Part shown: positions 17,401 to 23,463 of the stretch, in pieces
How positions within the stretch are numbered: the first letter of the stretch is position 1
Layout of the letters: every line of letters starts with the position of its first letter
Assembly (NCBI GenBank): GCA_025355995.1
Contig: JANXYQ010000099.1
Span: 1 to 24,000, forward strand
Direction of reading: 5' to 3'
DNA: 24,000 nucleotides
DNA from: Spirochaetaceae bacterium
GTDB lineage: Bacteria; Spirochaetota; Spirochaetia; Treponematales; Rectinemataceae
Position numbers and translations under genes: made by a program
Notes under the pieces: generated by a model
Database searches by the model: none
What the model was told of the DNA's origin: nothing
Seen by the model: the letters and a program-made list of their open reading frames with translations, nothing else

Positions 17401-17828
17401 TGGCTTCCGGCATAATCGAGAAGATGACTCTGCGCATAGGCTTCATTCGTAGGGCTTGGCGTATTATCCCATGCCGCGTCCATCAGCACGGCTATTGAAG
17501 CATCGAGGCTTCCACCTCCTTTATCGTCTATCCAGGCCGTGCTGACCGGGCCGGAATACGTTGTCGTTCCGATTGTCTCGGTATCTGTTTTATAGTTGAA
17601 AACGACGGCGACTATCTTCACGGCTGCTTTCGTCGCGGCGTCGAAGGAACTTTGTAGCGCCGAAAGCTCATTCATCCAGCCCCAGCCCCTAATAATATCC
17701 ACAAAGGAAAATATGATGATCTTGCCGGAATAATCACTGAGGTTGGCTGGATTATTTGTGGAATAATCGGTCAGGCCCGAAGGATAATCAAGGAAGGATC
17801 CGCCGATCGTTGCCTGCGATAATGGCAT
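14487..17828 (-). CDS. 1113-aa vWA (MIDAS) domain protein with a thioredoxin-like N-terminus lacking CxxC and SbsA/Big_5-type Ig-like domains; no signal peptide (operon gene 3)
   Basis: ATG 17828 lies 6 nt after AGGAGG, and no in-frame start codon lies upstream within the open frame (the track reports the longest ORF). Complete MIDAS: DVSGS (16395-16409), ASGSTAMG, ILFTDG. The vWA domain spans about 15729-16430. Ig-like segments include APSITSVVPANGSFV...ITFSEKV and ...ADLAGNPF. Confidence 0.85.
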   Translation of the reverse strand: MPLSQATIGGSFLDYPSGLTDYSTNNPANLSDYSGKIIIFSFVDIIRGWGWMNELSALQSSFDAATKAAVKIVAVVFNYKTDTETIGTTTYSGPVSTAWIDDKGGGSLDASIAVLMDAAWDNTPSPTNEAYAQSHLLDYAGSQTAGSEFWWGYLLDTTGKVADQYEISDSDNNAGQAASGSVNNLTNFDWSPVTKTNLRSFIAGRITNMRSSAPSITSVVPANGSFVKELSDIVITFSEKVYGAWDTSNYSLSCEGMTVSSFTVNPAGMLLASSYLAAAGKEIRSLSPPAGGFAEGAYQLVISGITDTEGNAVSATTIAFKLDKTAPKIDFTSPSTAAFNAISPYPDSVNHLVNGRPVSAFGSILVPFTEEINNGDVPANWEITDDAGSAIAGLSIATASAAKIMDGGKTWTEVTLTISGDLPAATGADETYLVKIRPKAASTIADLAGNPFDTASAPLVYACRAKQSVVLVLDVSGSMGDDDGGTPKIQHLKNAVLNTALLMKGILAWGDVVGAFTYSTDYHILSCFDTGGTMVFKPSMSDAVQAQLSAALTPIAASGSTAMGAGLAAAIQAIKAIVPAATKGKVILFTDGLQNRRPFAYFEDVGGVKNLVFTNPGSPPTVCYDFDGGVSNCAGLTGLTLPTDEKKYKYPDTGIPVDTIGIADGAGSLFQANLMAISTGTGGTHYEDPPMFPDIHSYLLAGLTTLKSDKAIQFATIKSDTLAAGSASVSVPALMNKSITSIYLYLTWLGGEDLKVSLADQGGVTLVPASSDARAGFRSALYAYPKLVPHKRFWHWLIAKLFPKWKKLIDKLPEWRYVGVGPQGQFSAKIERAKPNADKAIQYYLAVMVRDPELRLVAQTPAQAVGTGESAPISVQAAGKGLSGVFLRPSTLSVVKPFVSPAVVLAKYPIAKPQPQIVSKAAAAPKLDPALDPRLDAYSILRQNPAAVPLLNRKSVVSTPVSAAQGSGIAQCATDTAGSYYLEARISGGGSKTGNFQRVVVGSLAVHSIPDPAKTTVSIAQGANGNPVATLVLKDKLGQPCGPGLATAVDLSQLPGTIVKDLYDGIYEVELSKADLAQGLPQILDIGIGGIKIPLGPLIDIRKIAGLGPMPHP

Positions 17829-17838
17829 GCATTTCCTC

Positions 17839-20163
17839 CTATTCGAACGCGCCTATCGACCAGTATCCCGTGCTCGATCGCGGATTCCCATCCATATCCG
17901 TGGAAAAACCTTCAGTGGAAAGGTTCAGCCCCGGTCCGGATACCGTAGCCTTAAGCGTGCTCGTCGCTTGCAGGTGATAGTCGGTTCCCGAGACGAATGA
18001 CGGGGTGATCGCGAGATTTTTCCAATACCCGAGCGTATGAGTGCCTTCCTGGGTAATCACGTTCGTAACGAGATCGATGACCCGAACTACCGCGGGAGTC
18101 GCGTCATAATCGCGATAGTATCCGTTAGAAGCCCCAACGGAGATATAAAAATCGTTATTGTCAACGGCGGCCGGGTTTGAGCTACTGTTGTATTCGTACA
18201 GCCCCCATGCCGAAGTATTGCTTCCGTTGAAGAGGATATTATTCTTCACGGTGGTGTTGCCCGCATAGCGGTTATAAATGCAATACGCCGTCGCTCCCTG
18301 CCCACAGTAGATGTCGTTATTGTAAATCTTAGGCGATACATACGACATGATTCCGTAGGTAGTAGTCGTGCTGTTCGTATCCCCGCCGCCGAGTATCACG
18401 TTGTTTCGAATCATTGATACCGCCGTGGTACCCGAGGCTGCCGTGCAAAAGATGCCCCCGGCGGTCGCGCCGGATGCCCCTGTAGAATGAGTCGTTGTGT
18501 TAAGATAGTTTCCTTCGATTATAGACACGACCGTTGTCGGATTCGTCGGGTTTCCGATCACCTTAATGGCCCAGGATTCTCCGGAATTGTTATAGCCAGG
18601 CTCGATCGTGTTTTTCCTGATTACGGGAGCGCTTTGATAAACATAGATGCCGAAATACCTCGATCCGGAGTATGTCACTTCCGATAGCGTTCTTCCGAGG
18701 ATGATGTTATTGCTGATCGTCGCCGCCCCAGCGGAGAATATGCCCGCATTGTAATCTCCTCGGCCCATCTTGATCGTGAAACCATCCAATACCGCGGAAG
18801 TTGTGACGGACGAGGCGCAATCGACAGGCCGCTTTGGGTCAGCCTCGCTTCCTCCTGATGTCGTAGTGTTGCTGTCCACGATCGTCGTCGTATTATCCGT
18901 GGAATTCCTTGCCGACCAATCGATTGGCGAGGCTATCAATGGAGGATAGCCCCCTAAAACGGATATTCCATCTTTCATCGAGACGCGATTCGCTGGGCTA
19001 TTGCCGTCCATCGAATATGTCGCTTTCGAAACCCTCACCTCACAGGGCCGCGCCGAAGAATACTTCGTATCCGCATAGTTGACGGCGGCGGTTATTGAGG
19101 CGAATGGCTTTTGCGCGCCGTTATCGTCAGAGCTCGCTGAACCTGTGCCCGTCTCAGAAACGCAGGCCCCATAGAAAACGTTATAGGTCGCCGTCGCCGT
19201 GACAATCGATATCCCGAATTTAGTCTTCCCACTTATGGTTAGGTTTTGATCGTAGGTAGTACCCGTGCTGCGAGGCCATAGTGTGGAGGGTTTAACGGGC
19301 AAGGAAACGTGGCTTGAGTCCCAATCGCCCGGTACGGGAGTGGCGGGAGTCATCGTTCCGCCAGTGAATGAAATGGATGCGGGATCCATCTCGAAATCAA
19401 AACCGATAGTAAGCCGTTCATGGCCCGTTATTACGTTAGTGGTCATTGTTGGGAAATGCGCGGTACGGGAGTTGATAGCTACGCTTAGCGCCATGGATAC
19501 CGCGTTCACAAGTCCCTTGTCGTTCTTTGCCCAGGCATAGACCGTGTGCGTTCCCGAGGCGAGAGATACCGTATAACTCGTGGGAGCGGCGCTCAGGTTC
19601 ACATCGGCCGCCGCTGGCACCGACGAGCTCTCGTTTACGAGCCAGCCGACGATCGAGGAAGCTCCCGCCCCGAAACCGCTCGTCGAGAGGTTGAAGGTCA
19701 CCGTCGGGTCGTCCGTCGGAGTAGCGCTCGTCCTATTGAATGTGTCGATGACGGGCGATGCGTACGAGGTAATCGTCACCGTCGCCGATTTCGCGTCGCT
19801 CACCAGGCCGGGGGCGCTTTTTCCCCAGGCGTAGAGGGTCTTTAAACCGAGGCCCGCGGAGACAGTATAGGTGGCGGGCTTGGCCGCCGACCAGCCGGGG
19901 TCCGCGGCCGCCGGCTTGGCCGGGGCTTCGTTGACGAGCCAGGCGCTCACGTCGGTGGAACCTTCGAGGGTGACCGGGACGAAGTCGTCGTAACGGACGT
20001 CGGGACCGATGACGAAGACGGTGATCGTCGGGATGACGCTCGAGGCGTGAAACGCCGAGACGTCCTTCTTGACCACGTCGGTGAGGCCGTTGCTGCACGA
20101 GGTGGCGGACGCGGCGAGCAGGAAGGCCGCTATGCGGACGGCCGCTTTCATGATCGGATTCAT
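17839..20163 (-). CDS. 774-aa putative lipoprotein: two Ig-like modules plus a right-handed parallel beta-helix (DUF1565/pectate-lyase-like fold) (operon gene 2)
   Basis: The signal ends in AASATS-C, a non-canonical lipobox. Beta-helix rungs repeat (ISNNIILG, IRKNTI, IRNNVILGG, IYNNDIY, VKNNILFNG). PFASITAAVNYA and the terminal DMDGNPR...WSIGAFE are typical of this fold. ATGA overlap with the upstream gene. Confidence 0.8.
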   Translation of the reverse strand: MNPIMKAAVRIAAFLLAASATSCSNGLTDVVKKDVSAFHASSVIPTITVFVIGPDVRYDDFVPVTLEGSTDVSAWLVNEAPAKPAAADPGWSAAKPATYTVSAGLGLKTLYAWGKSAPGLVSDAKSATVTITSYASPVIDTFNRTSATPTDDPTVTFNLSTSGFGAGASSIVGWLVNESSSVPAAADVNLSAAPTSYTVSLASGTHTVYAWAKNDKGLVNAVSMALSVAINSRTAHFPTMTTNVITGHERLTIGFDFEMDPASISFTGGTMTPATPVPGDWDSSHVSLPVKPSTLWPRSTGTTYDQNLTISGKTKFGISIVTATATYNVFYGACVSETGTGSASSDDNGAQKPFASITAAVNYADTKYSSARPCEVRVSKATYSMDGNSPANRVSMKDGISVLGGYPPLIASPIDWSARNSTDNTTTIVDSNTTTSGGSEADPKRPVDCASSVTTSAVLDGFTIKMGRGDYNAGIFSAGAATISNNIILGRTLSEVTYSGSRYFGIYVYQSAPVIRKNTIEPGYNNSGESWAIKVIGNPTNPTTVVSIIEGNYLNTTTHSTGASGATAGGIFCTAASGTTAVSMIRNNVILGGGDTNSTTTTYGIMSYVSPKIYNNDIYCGQGATAYCIYNRYAGNTTVKNNILFNGSNTSAWGLYEYNSSSNPAAVDNNDFYISVGASNGYYRDYDATPAVVRVIDLVTNVITQEGTHTLGYWKNLAITPSFVSGTDYHLQATSTLKATVSGPGLNLSTEGFSTDMDGNPRSSTGYWSIGAFE
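19471..20031 (-). repeat. two tandem ~90-aa Ig-like modules inside the 774-aa gene
   Basis: Shared pattern WLVNE(A/S)..PAAAD....A.P(A)T(S)YTVS...G..T(L/V)YAW(G/A)K...GLV in residues about 45-132 and 137-231. Confidence 0.7.
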
Positions 20164-22304
20164 TGTCCCTCCCAGAAAACCGCCTTTTGCCCGGCTGTCG
20201 CGTCGGAAGCGCGTTCGACGCCGGACGCGGCCTCGGCGCCCAGGTAGGCGAACTTCTGCGCCGCTCCCGAGTCGAGGGCCTTGGCCTTGGCGTAGAGGTC
20301 GGAGGCCGTGGAGGAGTCGTTCAGCTCGTAGGCCGCCCGCGCGACACCCAGGAGTATCCTCGGGTTGGAAGGATCGAGTCTGACCGCCTTTTCGTAGTAA
20401 TCGCGCGAGCTCTTCCAGTCGCCCCTGAGGTAGGCGACGTTGCCCAGGTTAACCAACACCGGCGCGTAGGGCTTTCCCACGATGGCCTTGTTGAACTGGG
20501 CGATCGCCTCGTCGAAGCGGCCATAGCGGGCGTAGAGGATCCCGTATCTGTTGAGCGCGTCGCGGTCGGTCTTGTTCCTCACGAGAGCCGCCTCTATCGT
20601 TTTCGCCTGCGCCCTTATCTCGGCTTCGATGAAGGCATTCAGCTCCTTCGAAAAGGCGGCGATCGTCTTGTCCTTGGGCGGCATGGAAATCTCGGCGCCG
20701 CTGCCCGGCAAGCCTACGGCCTCGAAGACGTCCCAGGCCTTGTGCATGGGATAGAAGGCGGCGGCGCCTTTGGCGTCGTTGTCGCGCCATTCCCTCGCGC
20801 CCGTTCTCCACGCGTGGAAGAAGCCGTTCGTGATGTCGGTGATCTCGATGGGCACCCAGGCGACATCGCCCTTGAGGATGAGGTCGTCGGTCGACGAGAA
20901 TACCCGCTTCGCCTCCACGGGGCTCAGGTCCAGGGCGAAGGCCATGTAGATGTGCCCCGGTATGGTGATGAAGGCGGTATCCACGCCGATGGATTCGAGG
21001 AGGGCGCAGTTCAGGATCGAAAGGTCGTCGCAATCGCCGCCCTTGTAGGCGAGGGTCTGTCGGGGGAATTGGAGGAAATCAGCGCCGCTCTTGCGCGTCG
21101 ATTGCTCGGCGTACGAGGACTTGGGGTCGACGATGTAGGTTATGCCGTAGAGGGCAAGGGCCTCGTGCAGGGCGACGGCGGCGGCGAGCTTGTCGTCCAC
21201 TCCGCGGAGGGCGAAGTCGCGCAGGAAGCCCGATACGTTCTTCGAGAAGGAGAGGACGGCCGGGTCCTTCGCGGTGACGAAGGCGGCGGCGCGGCGGTCG
21301 TCGTCCCAGGTCATGGCGTTGCGGTCGAGTATCCGCATGGATTCGACCTTCTGCGCGCGGTAGGGCGTCTCGGACATGCGATAGTCGATCGATACTTCCG
21401 CGGCCGCCTTGGTGGCCTCGGTGACGCCTAGGACGCTGTCGTTGAACAGGCCGAAGACGGATACCTGCGCTGTCGAGCCGGCCTCTATGCGCCCCATCGA
21501 GGTGGTCTTCGGCGCGTCCATGTATTCCTTTATGAATAGGCTGATCGTAGCGTCCGAAACGGCCTGGCGCTCGTTGTTCTTGACCCGTACTATGCCGACG
21601 GGATGGTCGTCGTAGTATTTTCGGAAGACGGGGAACACGGATTCGAGCTCTACCCCGTCTATGGAAAGACCCTTGCCGGGAGGAGCGACCTTGAACCCTT
21701 TGATGAGCTCAACGTCTATAGGCTGGGCCGAGCGAATTTGGTTCTGGCGGGACTCCTTGCCCGAGAGAAATACCGTCGAGCCCAGATAGACGCCCGCGGT
21801 CAGAGGCAGGCCAAAATAGTCGCTCACGGTTCCGCCCAGATTGATGCCGAGGGTCGGCGAAATGAGGAGGTCGACGCCGAGACCTCCCGTCGCGTAGAGG
21901 CTCGACCCCGAATCGGAGGTGGATTGGTTCTTGAAACCATAGTTGTAGCCCGCCCCCCCGAAGGCTTCCATCCTAAAGCGCGGAGCGAAGGCGAAGGTGT
22001 AGCCCGCGTCCGCCGCCAGGGAAAAAAGCGATAGGGAGTTCCCTCCGACATAAGGGCTGTAGGCGTACTCGAAGGCGCCTCGCAGGAAAAAGCCCCCGGG
22101 CTGGCTCAGGTCGTATTGGAGGTATAGGTTGCTCGAGCCGCCGATGGAATAGTCGCTTGCGCCCGATCCTATCGGTATTTGCAGAGTCGGGGCGATGCCG
22201 AGGGAGAGGGCTGCGGACGAGGGGGCCAGGTTCCCCTGCGCGATGATAGACGCGAAAGCCGTAATGTGGAGATAAGTAATCAGAAAATGCCTTTTTTTCA
22301 TCAT
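20160..22304 (-). CDS. 714-aa tripartite protein: N-terminal OM beta-barrel-like domain, transglutaminase-like Cys-His-Asp/Glu core, C-terminal TPR repeats (operon gene 1)
   Basis: Signal peptide. Residues about 25-182 show alternating Gly/aromatic beta-strand patterns like 8-stranded OMP barrels. TGase-like core: GGDC(425)DD, PGH(451)IYMAF, WVPIE(487)ITD. TPR region: LNRYGILYARYGRFDEAIAQFNKAI ... YYEKAVRLDPSNP. The second ATG (22301) has the better GGAGG spacing. Confidence 0.8.
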   Translation of the reverse strand: MMKKRHFLITYLHITAFASIIAQGNLAPSSAALSLGIAPTLQIPIGSGASDYSIGGSSNLYLQYDLSQPGGFFLRGAFEYAYSPYVGGNSLSLFSLAADAGYTFAFAPRFRMEAFGGAGYNYGFKNQSTSDSGSSLYATGGLGVDLLISPTLGINLGGTVSDYFGLPLTAGVYLGSTVFLSGKESRQNQIRSAQPIDVELIKGFKVAPPGKGLSIDGVELESVFPVFRKYYDDHPVGIVRVKNNERQAVSDATISLFIKEYMDAPKTTSMGRIEAGSTAQVSVFGLFNDSVLGVTEATKAAAEVSIDYRMSETPYRAQKVESMRILDRNAMTWDDDRRAAAFVTAKDPAVLSFSKNVSGFLRDFALRGVDDKLAAAVALHEALALYGITYIVDPKSSYAEQSTRKSGADFLQFPRQTLAYKGGDCDDLSILNCALLESIGVDTAFITIPGHIYMAFALDLSPVEAKRVFSSTDDLILKGDVAWVPIEITDITNGFFHAWRTGAREWRDNDAKGAAAFYPMHKAWDVFEAVGLPGSGAEISMPPKDKTIAAFSKELNAFIEAEIRAQAKTIEAALVRNKTDRDALNRYGILYARYGRFDEAIAQFNKAIVGKPYAPVLVNLGNVAYLRGDWKSSRDYYEKAVRLDPSNPRILLGVARAAYELNDSSTASDLYAKAKALDSGAAQKFAYLGAEAASGVERASDATAGQKAVFWEGQ

Positions 22305-22610
22305 GCCCTCCGGACGAGCGGCAAGTGTTATTGAGATAGATCCTTACACATACCATATCACGGTTTTTAGCGAACACCTAAGTAATGTTTTGTTTATCCG
22401 AATCGTCAGCGTAATTTCCTAATCGAACGCCGATCTTGTCAAAAGAAAAGAAAGTATAACTCGGATTCCGGTGTTCGCGGGCGCGATTCGCATGGGTGCA
22501 AAATTATAAATAAATTATTCCAGTATTAATATTTACGAGAAAAAACCCATAGGATCCCTGTGCCGCCGGTCGATGTGGTGTTTACTGTTCCCGTGCAAAC
22601 GGCAACGGCG
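22305..22610. promoter_or_regulatory. divergent AT-rich control region for the minus-strand nine-gene operon and the plus-strand rseC/rnfC genes
   Basis: 306-nt gap. Line 22501-22560 is 25% GC against 65-78% in the flanks. Several TATAAT-like strings occur (TATAAC 22455, TATAAA, TATTAAT), but I could not pair any with a properly spaced -35. Confidence 0.4.
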
Positions 22611-22942
22611 ATGGAACAGTTTCAAATCGGAGTCGTGGCGGCGATCGAGGGCGCCTACGCGCGCATCAGGGTCTCTGCCCAAGGCGAATGCTCCGAGTGC
22701 GGCGCCTGCGGCGGATTGGCACTGACGTTACTCGCGCATTACGAGATAGGCGCCGTTCCCGGAGACAGGGTCCGCATCGAGAACTCCGCCAAGGGCATGA
22801 TCGCGGTTGCCTTCGTGCTGTTCGCCGTCCCGACGCTCGCCGCGCTCGCGGGCGCCGGCACTGGGGATCGGATCTTCCCTCGGCGGCGGCATCGGCGGCG
22901 GCTATCCGGATCATCGATATCGTGGAGGGCGGATGTCGCTGA
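22611..22942 (+). CDS. RseC/MucC-family (Rnf-associated, SoxR-reducing-system-type) small membrane protein with a probable frameshift
   Basis: ATG 22611 gives MEQFQIGVVAAIEGAYARIRVSAQGECSECGACGG...VPGDRVRIENSAKGMIAVAFVLFAVPTLAALAGAG, with the cysteine cluster, GDxV and a TM helix as in RseC. This frame never reaches a stop inside the window, so it is absent from the ORF track. The frame ending at TGA 22940-22942 is a different one. Confidence 0.45.
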
Positions 22943-23463
22943 AGATAGGCCGAGGGGTCCATCCCTCGGGGAACAAGCGGATCACGGAATACCAGCCTTC
23001 CGAGCGCATGCCCGTGCCCGAGAGGCTGACGATCTCGCTGCGCCAGCACTTGGGCGAGGCCGCGGCCCCGATCGTCGCTCGAGGCGATCGCGTCTACAAG
23101 GGACAGCCCATCGCGGCTTCCGAGAATCCGCGGGTACCCCCCATCCATGCCTCCACCTCCGGCACGATTTCCGAGATCGGCGTCGGCGCCCATCCTCAGT
23201 TCAGCTCCGCGCCTTTCATCGCGATCGCGTCGGATGGGCTGGATCAGTGGCTGCCCGGCCAGCTCCAGGCCCGAGATTGGCGGACTCTGTCCCCAGCCGC
23301 CATAGTCGCGGCCATCAAGGAGGCGGGCATCGTCGGCATGGGAGGCGCCGCCTTCCCGACGCACGTGAAGCTCTCCCCGCCGGCGGAGTCCCCCCGAAGG
23401 TTCGCGAGATTGCCGAGGTTGATGAGGGCGGGCAGGTATTCCTCTTTCGCCACGATCGCTTGA
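22933..23463 (+). CDS. rnfC: RnfC/RsxC N-terminal fragment; family similarity ends near 23385 and the remaining 26 codons are antisense to the neighbouring gene
   Basis: ATG 22933 after GGAGGG. MSLKIGRGVHPSGNKRIT..., LRQHLGEAAAPIVARGDRVYKGQPIA, IHASTSGTISEI and AGIVGMGGAAFPTHVKLSPP match the RnfC N-terminal domain. The NADH-binding and 4Fe-4S regions that should follow are absent. Confidence 0.75.
   Translation: MSLKIGRGVHPSGNKRITEYQPSERMPVPERLTISLRQHLGEAAAPIVARGDRVYKGQPIAASENPRVPPIHASTSGTISEIGVGAHPQFSSAPFIAIASDGLDQWLPGQLQARDWRTLSPAAIVAAIKEAGIVGMGGAAFPTHVKLSPPAESPRRFARLPRLMRAGRYSSFATIA

Noticed and set aside
20418-20429. RGD integrin-binding motif conserved in both TGase/TPR paralogues (YLRGDW and NLRGDS).
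   Set aside because: It sits inside a predicted TPR helix, in a context (NLGN.A.LRGD) that looks like ordinary TPR consensus. A tripeptide match is expected by chance.
22292-22298. A7 tract at codons 3-5 of the 714-aa gene as a phase-variation switch.
   Set aside because: It simply encodes the Lys-Lys of a signal-peptide n-region and is short for slipped-strand switching. There is no evidence of length heterogeneity from a single sequence.
11271-22304. Assignment of the operon to a Bat/aerotolerance-type or MoxR-DUF58-TgpA-type vWA/TGase locus.
   Set aside because: Those loci are defined by a MoxR AAA+ ATPase and DUF58, or by BatA-D small vWA membrane proteins. No Walker A/B-containing ORF exists here, and the vWA protein is a 1113-aa multi-Ig giant.
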